DNA of 64,000 nucleotides from an uncultured Clostridia bacterium (GTDB lineage Bacteria; Bacillota; Clostridia; UBA1212; UBA1255): NCBI GenBank assembly GCA_947625435.1, contig CANQOI010000002.1, positions 1,043 to 65,042 of the forward strand, read 5' to 3'. Shown piece by piece: positions 8,751 to 16,539 of this stretch (position 1 is its first letter; each line of letters starts with the position of its first letter). The notes under the pieces were generated by a model. It saw only the letters and a program-made list of their open reading frames with translations, ran no database searches and was not told where the DNA came from. The position numbers and the translations under genes were made by a program.

Positions 8751-9851
8751 TCAGTGGAAAGCCGATGCAAAAAGTTCAAATTCTTGTTTTAGTTCCTCGT
8801 CGTTATCTATTGCATTTCGCCTCAGATTTGCAACAACGTCAGGCAAGTCTGCGTGTGGATTTTCAGCAATAAAACGTAAAACGGAGTCCAAAAAATTCCG
8901 ACTTAATACTTTGGCTGAAATAATCGATTGGCTAACAGTTTTATAAAATGTAAGCTTTTCATTTTCCAGCTCTTCTGTTGCTGTTACGGTATTTTCTTCG
9001 GATCTTTGAATCAAGACTGTTCTTGATTGCCCTCCATTGGACGGACCTATAACGCCCTTTTCCTCCAACAAATCCACTAGTCGAGAGGCTCGTGAATACC
9101 CAATTCTCATATTCTTTTGCAGCAAGAAAGCGGATGCCATGCCTGCTTCCGTTACAATTTGAACCGCTTGTGAAAACATGGGATCTTCGTTGTCATCTTC
9201 TAATTCAAAGGAAAATAATTCGCTTGCCATTTTAGTGTTTTTCGCTTCTTTGAAAGGAAAATTTGCCGTCATATTCGGCCATACGACGATTTGATATTCA
9301 GAAGCAAACGTTCTGTTGCGAATCAAGTAGAAAAAATCATACGACTTTTGGCATGCAAAGCGAAGAACATCACTAAAATCGACGAATTCCGAAAGCTTTT
9401 GCATTTCTCTGTAACCGCAAGCCCATAAGAGTCCGAATAAATTCAAGTAATGATCTGTCGAATATTTGTGCGCTTCGTTATTGTCAGAATCGGGAGATAA
9501 ATTGACCCTGATTAGTTTTTCGTTCAGCTCCTTTACTCTTCCATCGCCTTCTTCTCCGACAAAATACAGTTGAAAATATCTCCCGAATTTTCGATAAAGC
9601 AAACAACACGCTTCTATGTATTGCCTTACAGGTTCATCGAGGGACGGATTTATTCTTAAAAACTGCACATCAATTTCTTCCGGTACACCAAATTGCCGAG
9701 CCAGACTTGCTCGGCGTTCTTTCAAATTTTGCAAGCATCCATTATAATCGTTGTTAACCTCTTCCAGCCTGGTTTCAAACCGTTCCAGATTTTTGATGTA
9801 TGTTCTGATTTCGCTCTCTAATTGCTCAGTCCAATCTACGCTCATCTTCAA
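8751..9851 (-). CDS. 366-aa protein with an FtsK gamma (winged-helix, KOPS-type DNA-binding) domain in its C-terminal half; N-terminal coiled-coil/unknown
   Basis: DPMFSQAVQIVTEAGMASAFLLQKNMRIGYSRASRLVDLLEEKGVIGPSNGGQSRTVLI aligns closely with the E. coli FtsK gamma segment DPLFDQAVQFVTE...RIGYNRAARIIEQMEAQGIVS. RBS gaggtg. Confidence 0.75.
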   Translation of the reverse strand: MKMSVDWTEQLESEIRTYIKNLERFETRLEEVNNDYNGCLQNLKERRASLARQFGVPEEIDVQFLRINPSLDEPVRQYIEACCLLYRKFGRYFQLYFVGEEGDGRVKELNEKLIRVNLSPDSDNNEAHKYSTDHYLNLFGLLWACGYREMQKLSEFVDFSDVLRFACQKSYDFFYLIRNRTFASEYQIVVWPNMTANFPFKEAKNTKMASELFSFELEDDNEDPMFSQAVQIVTEAGMASAFLLQKNMRIGYSRASRLVDLLEEKGVIGPSNGGQSRTVLIQRSEENTVTATEELENEKLTFYKTVSQSIISAKVLSRNFLDSVLRFIAENPHADLPDVVANLRRNAIDNDEELKQEFELFASAFH

Positions 9852-9985
9852 TCACCTCGAAACAAATCCCACTGTTTTTATTATATCATGTTTACGGCGA
9901 GCAATCAATTATCGCATGCGTTTGAATACCGCAGTATATAAATATGATCAAAATACACTTGCACTTTTATTGTACACATATGTTT

Positions 9986-10001
9986 GTACCGAATTCGGTA
10001 C
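9986..10001. promoter_or_regulatory. 16-bp perfect palindrome gtaccgaattcggtac in the promoter region of the minus-strand operon; candidate operator
   Basis: Exact dyad symmetry, ~135 bp upstream of the first gene. A TACAAT -10-like hexamer lies just downstream on the minus strand. Confidence 0.3.
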
Positions 10002-10172
10002 ATGAAAGAATTTAGAATATCATTAGCATCGGAAACTAAAATTCTTATGAAACAATTAATTGTTCATATATATTTTACAAAAATGCCGCGATGTCTGACA
10101 ACCAAACCAATTGCAAGATGCAATCGCACGGCTTTCCTGACTAAACAGCGCCGAATAGGAGCCACAATGTCA

Positions 10173-10200
10173 AACACACAGAAGCGGAAATACTGTTTGA
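10173..10200 (+). repeat. 28-bp direct-repeat copy B (aacacacagaagcggaaatactgtttga)
   Basis: 27/28 identical to 936-963. Lies in AT-rich non-coding DNA. Confidence 0.7.
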
Positions 10201-10260
10201 TATAAAATATACGCCCCTGCGTTTTTTCAGCAGGCTCAAAACACTGTTATGAACAGAGAC

Positions 10261-10485
10261 TCATTGCTCCGGCTCAGGGATTTCCGCACCGCGTGCGCGC
10301 AGATAAATGTCAATGTCCCGGTTGATATACTGATACCCGGTTGTGTGCAAAACGTCGTAGAACTCACGGATATAATCAAAGACGCCGTACCGCGCAAAGA
10401 TTTCTGCCGCCGCGGCCCCGCTCAGATGCCGGTAATACTTATAGTTCTCCAAGCAAAAAACGGTGAATATTGCTTCTTTGCTCAT
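10261..10485 (-). CDS. DUF3791-like small protein (74 aa)
   Basis: Small helical protein paired with a second paralog and a DUF3990-like gene, as is common in Firmicutes. Confidence 0.45.
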   Translation of the reverse strand: MSKEAIFTVFCLENYKYYRHLSGAAAAEIFARYGVFDYIREFYDVLHTTGYQYINRDIDIYLRARGAEIPEPEQ

Positions 10486-10497
10486 GAGATTTCCCCC

Positions 10498-10743
10498 CTA
10501 AACATCCGGAAAGGTTACTTCTCCGGTACTCAATTCCTGCTCGTATAATGCATAAAGCATATCCGTGCTGTATTGCCAGACTTTGGTTTCTTCCCGTTCC
10601 AGAGCGGCATATAACTTTGACGCATACAATTGCTTGATGGCATCCACTTCGGAAATTTTCCGCTTATCGTTGATCTTCGCAATCAGATCCGCGCTGATAG
10701 TCGGCAGCATCGCCGCAAACTGTTCCTGTCCCATAAATGTCAC
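10498..10743 (-). CDS. DUF3791-like small protein (81 aa)
   Basis: Paralog arrangement upstream of 10261-10485. Conserved-looking KQLYASKLY. Confidence 0.45.
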   Translation of the reverse strand: MTFMGQEQFAAMLPTISADLIAKINDKRKISEVDAIKQLYASKLYAALEREETKVWQYSTDMLYALYEQELSTGEVTFPDV

Positions 10744-10747
10744 TCCC

Positions 10748-11092
10748 CTATCTGACTTTCTGTGATCCGGTGAATTTTAAAAAGGAAAGCGCCTTTTCCG
10801 TGTGAAATGTCCATTGGTCATGCAGAACCTCGGTTTTTAATCTCTTGACCGTGTATTCCGCATCGTATACGCCTGTTTCAAAATATCGTATCGACTGATA
10901 AACGTTATCGTCTGCAACAGGCCCGACGGATTTATTTTCTCTTCGCATTTTGATTTTGGCCCATCGCTCTGCCTGCTCATGAGATGTAGTTGTATAAAAT
11001 CCTGCGCCGAAATCAAGGAAACTGTCTTCCGGCTTTCTTTTCCGTATTTCCGGACACTCGACAAGTTCCGTACTGCCATGATAAAGGATCAT
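10748..11092 (-). CDS. DUF3990-like protein (114 aa) with an N-terminal LYHGS signature
   Basis: Starts MILYHGS, the family hallmark. The H-G-S motif resembles the NAD-binding His-Gly-Ser of PARP-type ADP-ribosyltransferases (inference). Confidence 0.5.
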   Translation of the reverse strand: MILYHGSTELVECPEIRKRKPEDSFLDFGAGFYTTTSHEQAERWAKIKMRRENKSVGPVADDNVYQSIRYFETGVYDAEYTVKRLKTEVLHDQWTFHTEKALSFLKFTGSQKVR

Positions 11093-11313
11093 ACCAGTTC
11101 CTCCGATATCTTATGGATTTCTTTCATACTCATTGATCATCTGCGCGTTCCGCAAAGCCTCATTTTTCACAACAGAACGTATCAGCATGCACTCACCTCT
11201 TGGTCATAGTATGCCACACGTTTTTGCAAAAATCAATATATATGTGTGGTAAAAAAGCATCCCGGGCATTTGACATTTAACAATATTATTAATTACAAAG
11301 AGTATTTTCGGAT

Positions 11314-11625
11314 ATGCTATCGACGATAGTAAAGAAAATATCCAAATACCGTCTTGCAAAAGAAAGCGGCACTCCTCAGACCACCATCGTAGATATATGC
11401 AGCCGTAAAGCCCGCATCGAGAAGTGTTCCGCAGGCACAATATATAAGATTTCAAAAATGCTCGGAGTTTCCATGGGAAGTCTGATCGATCAGGAAATAG
11501 AACGCCCTGCGCCGCAACAAAAAGAGCCCTCTTCCGAGGTGTTTAAGAGCAATGCGTGTCACCTTGTCAAGGAAAAGGGTGATATTGATTTTTTGATCGA
11601 TACGCCGCCGGGCAAACAAGCCTAA
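11314..11625 (+). CDS. XRE-family helix-turn-helix transcriptional regulator
   Basis: YRLAKESGTPQTTIVDI...ISKMLGVSMGSLI is a typical HTH_XRE. Confidence 0.65.
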   Translation: MLSTIVKKISKYRLAKESGTPQTTIVDICSRKARIEKCSAGTIYKISKMLGVSMGSLIDQEIERPAPQQKEPSSEVFKSNACHLVKEKGDIDFLIDTPPGKQA

Positions 11626-12458
11626 AATTCCAGCACCATGCCGTCGTACGAGACCTCAAAGCCCATATCGGAAGCGGGGCCGACAATGTCGTCGTATATC
11701 GATCTGCCGTTGTGAGAGAAGTGATTGAGGCAGAAAACGGCGTCATCAGCCATGATTCCCATTTCACACAGTCTCCGCTTCGTCTCAGAGCACGCCTCCG
11801 TGCCCATGTGCCCGTTTCTGTACTGCGCGCCCAGGCCGCCGGTGCAGTCGAGAGAAGCCGCAGATATCCTGCGGCGCATTTTACCGAGATAATCCCATGT
11901 CTCGTCCGTAAAATATCCCGTATCATGCGCATACAGCAGCAGCCTTTCGCCGTCGCCTATAAGATATATGTACGGGCCGCTCGAAGGGTCGTGATCCGCG
12001 GTGAGAGGCGTTACGCTGTGGCCCGCGATGACATACGATTCAAACGGGAGGAGCTCTTCGAAGGCAAGCCTTCCCGGAGCGGAAGCTATCGCGCCCTTTA
12101 CGGCGTCGCCCACTTTTCGGGAGCCGTATATCGTAAACACCGGTGAAACGTCATCCGGCAGATAAGCGAAAAACTCCCTTCTGTTCCCGAACTCCAACGG
12201 GTAAAGGTGATCCTCGTGCGCGTGAGTCACTATAACGGAATCTATATGATTTATGTTAAGCCCGTACGCCATTATGTGATAATACGTATCCGCGGGAAAA
12301 TCTATCAGAAGTCTGTCATTTACCATTGCCTGCGACCTGGTCCTGATATTCCTGCCTCCCGCTTCTCTCGCGCGCCTGCATGCATCGCATTCGCAGAATA
12401 TAGCCGGCCAGCCTTCCGCCGCCGCCGTTCCGAAATACTGTAATTTCATCGTCAACAT
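11622..12458 (-). CDS. MBL-fold metallo-hydrolase (PhnP-like)
   Basis: THAHEDH zinc-binding motif plus downstream His/Asp ligands. Confidence 0.75.
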   Translation of the reverse strand: MLTMKLQYFGTAAAEGWPAIFCECDACRRAREAGGRNIRTRSQAMVNDRLLIDFPADTYYHIMAYGLNINHIDSVIVTHAHEDHLYPLEFGNRREFFAYLPDDVSPVFTIYGSRKVGDAVKGAIASAPGRLAFEELLPFESYVIAGHSVTPLTADHDPSSGPYIYLIGDGERLLLYAHDTGYFTDETWDYLGKMRRRISAASLDCTGGLGAQYRNGHMGTEACSETKRRLCEMGIMADDAVFCLNHFSHNGRSIYDDIVGPASDMGFEVSYDGMVLEF

Positions 12459-12474
12459 CCCCCGTTCGGTATCA

Positions 12475-13266
12475 TCATTTCACAAAGCCCTGTATGCATT
12501 CCTCTCCGTCGGAGAGCAGCGCCCGCACGCAAAAGCCCCCGTCCGGATGATCGGCGCGCTCAAGAGTAACGCACCGTTCGGACGCCGGCTTTGCTATGTG
12601 TTCCGTATAAGTGATCTCGTGCTTGTACTTGACATCTATGAGCGAAACCGTTTTACCGGCGGAATAAAACTCATCCGGTAAAATATCAGCCACCCATTCA
12701 ATGTATCTTGCGTTGTTTACGTGCCCGTTATAGTCAAAATCGCTGTAAGACGGCATCTTTACGGAGCGGCATATGCTGTCGTGCCACACGCTGTCGCCGT
12801 AGAGCGCGCCCTTAGGCATTACAAGAGGCTCCGGGCGCGATATCACCTCCGGAAAATGAATGTCATACTCCGCAGGGCGCACAACGCAGCGTCTCACCAC
12901 GTCGAAGAGCACCCACTGGGACACGCCGCTGCCTATGTGTCTGCCGTTTTCCGTTTCAAGCACGAAATATCTCGTAAAAACAGCCTTCAGATTCTTGTTG
13001 GGCCATGTGGCTATAGAGACAGTATCTCCCGCTCCGGGATATTCGGCCATCTCAAAACGCATGCGCGAAAGAATGAAGCATATGTTGTATTTCGTCATAA
13101 GATCCTTCCAGCCGCAGCCGAAATGAACGCACTGCATATTGGCCGTCTCCTGTATCTGCGCAAAAGCAGCTGACAGCTTAAGCTTATTGTTAACATCCAC
13201 ATCGTGCGCCGTGAGGCGCCAAAGATCGGTATAGCTTCCGTCGGCATTCTGTCCCAAACGAGTCAC
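12475..13266 (-). CDS. acyl-ACP thioesterase
   Basis: Hotdog-fold acyl-ACP TE signature DFDYNGHVNNARYIEW; ~260 aa. Confidence 0.8.
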   Translation of the reverse strand: MTRLGQNADGSYTDLWRLTAHDVDVNNKLKLSAAFAQIQETANMQCVHFGCGWKDLMTKYNICFILSRMRFEMAEYPGAGDTVSIATWPNKNLKAVFTRYFVLETENGRHIGSGVSQWVLFDVVRRCVVRPAEYDIHFPEVISRPEPLVMPKGALYGDSVWHDSICRSVKMPSYSDFDYNGHVNNARYIEWVADILPDEFYSAGKTVSLIDVKYKHEITYTEHIAKPASERCVTLERADHPDGGFCVRALLSDGEECIQGFVK

Positions 13267-13303
13267 TCCCTTATGTGTCTTTAATGTAATGTAGTAATGT
13301 ATG

Positions 13304-14491
13304 TCAGTGATGGAAGAGCCTTATACCCGTAAAGCTCATCACCATTCCGTATTTGTCGCACGTATCTATCACATGGTCGTCTCTTATGGAGCCTCCCGGC
13401 TGAGCGACATATTTTACGCCGCTCCTGTGAGCGCGCTCGATATTGTCTCCGAACGGGAAAAATGCGTCCGAGCCGAGAGCCACATCACTGTTTCCGTTCA
13501 GCCACGCGCGTTTCTCCTCCGCCGTAAATACGTCCGGCCGCACTTTAAATATATTCTGCCACGCGCCGTCGGCCAGAACGTCCATATAATCCTCGCCTAT
13601 GTAAAGATCTATGGCATTGTCCCTGTCCGCACGGTGTATCCCGTCTATGAATTTAAGTCCGAGCACCTGAGGCGATTGACGCAGATACCAATTGTCGGCC
13701 TTGCTGCCGGCAAGGCGCGTGCAGTGTATGCGCGACTGCTGTCCCGCTCCTATGCCTATCGCCTGTCCTCCCTTGACATAGCACACGGAGTTGGACTGTG
13801 TGTATTTGAGGGTTATCATAGACACCGCAAGGTCGATGCGGGCGCTTTCGGGCAGCTCCTTATTTTTCGTGACTATGTTTGAAAAGAAATCCCTGTCTAT
13901 GTTGAGTTCGTTCCTTTTCTGTTCGAACGTGATACCGAAAACATCCTTTCTTTCCGTCTCGGGAGGCACATAATCCGGATCTATCTCTATAACATTGTAC
14001 GCGCCTTTTTTCTTCGTTTTAAGTATTTCGAGAGCCTCGTCGGTATATCCCGGAGCGATCACGCCGTCCGATACCTCTCTCTTTATGAGCAGAGCCGTCT
14101 CTTTGTCGCACACATCGGAAAGCGATATGAAATCGCCGAAGGATGACATCCTGTCCGCGCCTCTGGCTCTTGCATAAGCGTTTGCGAGAGGCGTCAGATC
14201 CGTGTCGATATCGTCCACCCAGTATATCTTCCTCTCCACATCTGAAAGAGGAAGTCCCACGGCAGCCCCCGCCGGTGAAACGTGCTTAAAAGATGTGGCC
14301 GAAGGAAGTCCTGTCGCCTTCTTAAGCTCCTTTACGAGCTGCCAGCCGTTGAAAGCATCGAGGAAATTTATATATCCCGGGCGTCCCGAGAGCACCTTTA
14401 TGGGGAGTTCTCCGTTTTCCGTGTATATCCTTGAAGGCTTCTGATTGGGGTTACATCCGTATTTAAGTTCAAATTCTTTCATAACGCTCAT
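13304..14491 (-). CDS. purH: phosphoribosylaminoimidazolecarboxamide (AICAR) formyltransferase, PurH transformylase domain only
   Basis: LKYGCNPNQ, KHVSPAGAAVG, GGQAIGIGAGQQSRI and AQPGGSIRD motifs are present. No MGS-like IMP cyclohydrolase domain. Confidence 0.85.
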   Translation of the reverse strand: MSVMKEFELKYGCNPNQKPSRIYTENGELPIKVLSGRPGYINFLDAFNGWQLVKELKKATGLPSATSFKHVSPAGAAVGLPLSDVERKIYWVDDIDTDLTPLANAYARARGADRMSSFGDFISLSDVCDKETALLIKREVSDGVIAPGYTDEALEILKTKKKGAYNVIEIDPDYVPPETERKDVFGITFEQKRNELNIDRDFFSNIVTKNKELPESARIDLAVSMITLKYTQSNSVCYVKGGQAIGIGAGQQSRIHCTRLAGSKADNWYLRQSPQVLGLKFIDGIHRADRDNAIDLYIGEDYMDVLADGAWQNIFKVRPDVFTAEEKRAWLNGNSDVALGSDAFFPFGDNIERAHRSGVKYVAQPGGSIRDDHVIDTCDKYGMVMSFTGIRLFHH

Positions 14492-14498
14492 CTCTCCT

Positions 14499-15206
14499 CT
14501 ATTTATTCTTGTTCACTATCCTCGTTTCATATGTACCCGTCTCTATATCGATATAGCGCACAAAAAGGGACACCTTGTTGTCCTCATTGAGATTCTCCCA
14601 GAGCATATCCGTAAGCTCGTCTATCGACCCCTCTGTCGCCACCTTTTTGGGCTCTCCCTCAAAGCTCGGCAGAGGATTTCCGTCGCCTACATACGTATGT
14701 ATAAAACGTCCCTCTCCCGCGCGCGGGTTCTCGAATGCGAATGTAAAACGGCAGCACGTATCCGGATCTCCCCCGTCCGTTTTAAGTATCGACATCGCGT
14801 AATTGTATCTGCCGTTTTCTATGTGCATTATTCCCGATATCCTCGGCGTATAGTTAGGCGCGTCGGGCTCGAAGCAGCGCGTCCTCAATGCCTGTTCAAA
14901 TGTCTGCTGCCTGTCCATGAGCTCGTATATCGTATCTGTCTGATCTCCGTTCGTGATTATGGTCTTATTGCCGAGAACGCGTACCGGAGCATAGATTATA
15001 AGGCTCGGATCGCTCATTTTGGATGTGTCGAACGCTTCCGTGCGTATTCCGCCTTCATGCTCCCTGAAAATGCGGTTCCTGCTGTTCACGCTTCTTCCCA
15101 TTATAAAATATGCCGCAACGGCACATTTTCCGTCCTCCGATCTGCCCAGTATGATGCCGCGCCCCGGATACGGATTGTTCTTAAGCTCATCCTTAAGTGA
15201 ATACAT
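14499..15206 (-). CDS. purO: IMP cyclohydrolase, PurO (archaeal) type
   Basis: NPYPGRGIILG N-terminal signature. ~230 aa. Adjacent to the transformylase-only purH. Confidence 0.75.
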   Translation of the reverse strand: MYSLKDELKNNPYPGRGIILGRSEDGKCAVAAYFIMGRSVNSRNRIFREHEGGIRTEAFDTSKMSDPSLIIYAPVRVLGNKTIITNGDQTDTIYELMDRQQTFEQALRTRCFEPDAPNYTPRISGIMHIENGRYNYAMSILKTDGGDPDTCCRFTFAFENPRAGEGRFIHTYVGDGNPLPSFEGEPKKVATEGSIDELTDMLWENLNEDNKVSLFVRYIDIETGTYETRIVNKNK

Positions 15207-15231
15207 GACTGTCTCCTCCTGATATTTGACC

Positions 15232-16494
15232 TTATATTTTACCTTGTATTATGCGCTCCACGGCTCTTTCCGTATTTGCCGCGCTGCCGAATCCCGTAAG
15301 CCTGAAATAGCCTTCTCCGCTCGGTCCGAACCCGCTTCCCGGTGTCCCTACGATGCCGAGCCTGTCAAGCATATAGTCAAAGAACTGCCACGACGTCATG
15401 CCGTCCGGCGTCTTGAGCCACACATATGGTGAATTCACGCCGCCCCACACCTTGAAGCCGGCGCTTTTGAGTCCGTCCAGTATTATGCGCGCATTATTGA
15501 GATAATACGATACCAGCGCTTTTGTCTGTTCACGTCCCTCGGGCGAGTAAACGGCGGCTGCGGCTCTCTGCACGATATACGGCACTCCGTTGAATTTTGT
15601 AGTCTGTCTTCTGTTCCAGAGCCTGTTGACAGGCACGTCGCCTATCTTAAGCTCATCCGGCACTACGGTATACGCGCATCTCGTACCCGTAAAGCCCGCG
15701 TTCTTGGAAAAGCTCCTGAACTCTATGGCGCACTTTTTTGCGCCTTCTATCTCGTATATGCTGTGCGGTATGCCCTCTTCCGTGATATACGCCTCATATG
15801 CGGCGTCGTAAAGTATCACTGAGCCGTGTTCGAGAGCGTAGTCCACCCACTCTGCAAGCTGCGGCTTCGTTATGGCAGTGCCCGTGGGATTGTTGGGATA
15901 ACAGAGATATATCATGTCCGGCGCGGCGCCGCCTCTGGGCGGCTCGGGCACAAAGCCGTTTTCTTCGCTTCCCTTCATGTAGATTATATCACTCCATTTT
16001 CCGGTTTCTGGGTCGTAATCCCCGGCGCGCCCCGCCATGGCGTTCGTATCGACATATACCGGATAAACGGGGTCGCATACGGCTACCGTATTCTCATTTG
16101 AAAATATATCCCCTATATTTCCCGTGTCGCTCTTGGAGCCGTCGCTCACGAATATTTCACAAGGCTCTATGTCCGTTCCGCGGGCTTTGAAATCATGCTC
16201 CGAAATAAGCTCCCGCAGGAATTCATATCCCTGCTCCGGGCCGTAGCCTCTGAATGTATCGGCGCTTCCCATCTCGTCGGCCGCCCTGTGAATAGCTTCA
16301 ACGGACGCCTTCGGAAGGGGCAGAGTCACGTCCCCTATGCCGAGCTTTATTATGGGCTTGCCGGGATTCTCTGCGGTGTGCGCCGCCACTCTTCTTGCTA
16401 TTTCACTGAAAAGATAGCTTCCCGGAAGCTTTAAGTAATTTGAATTGATCCTGACCATTCCGAAAATTCCTCCTGTATCATGCTGTGCGGACAT
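15232..16494 (-). CDS. dapL: LL-diaminopimelate aminotransferase
   Basis: N-terminal [21 protein letters not shown] plus the PLP fold-I lysine region [10 protein letters not shown]. Confidence 0.85.
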   Translation of the reverse strand: MSAQHDTGGIFGMVRINSNYLKLPGSYLFSEIARRVAAHTAENPGKPIIKLGIGDVTLPLPKASVEAIHRAADEMGSADTFRGYGPEQGYEFLRELISEHDFKARGTDIEPCEIFVSDGSKSDTGNIGDIFSNENTVAVCDPVYPVYVDTNAMAGRAGDYDPETGKWSDIIYMKGSEENGFVPEPPRGGAAPDMIYLCYPNNPTGTAITKPQLAEWVDYALEHGSVILYDAAYEAYITEEGIPHSIYEIEGAKKCAIEFRSFSKNAGFTGTRCAYTVVPDELKIGDVPVNRLWNRRQTTKFNGVPYIVQRAAAAVYSPEGREQTKALVSYYLNNARIILDGLKSAGFKVWGGVNSPYVWLKTPDGMTSWQFFDYMLDRLGIVGTPGSGFGPSGEGYFRLTGFGSAANTERAVERIIQGKI

Positions 16495-16539
16495 TTTATT
16501 TTATAACTTAACAGGCATATATTCAAGCAGGCGCGGCCT

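Noticed and set aside
2687-9851. Calling the operon a complete type VIIb (Ess) secretion system
   Set aside because: The window has no EssA/EssB/EsaA/YukD-like membrane or ubiquitin-like components. The ATPase has no TM or FHA domains. The extra FtsK-gamma protein is foreign to T7SS. Only the substrate-like half resembles T7SSb.
936-10200. Integrase-mediated integrative element
   Set aside because: Direct repeats are present, but no integrase, recombinase or excisionase gene lies between or beside them. It is kept as a finding with that caveat, not annotated as a mobile element.
12721-13173. 150-aa plus-strand ORF
   Set aside because: Antisense to the acyl-ACP thioesterase.
13301-13882. 193-aa plus-strand ORF
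   Set aside because: It is antisense to the well-supported purH transformylase gene, in a GC-rich region where long spurious frames are expected, and has no RBS.
14445-15200. 251-aa plus-strand ORF
   Set aside because: Antisense to purO. Arg-rich low-complexity translation typical of GC-rich antisense frames.
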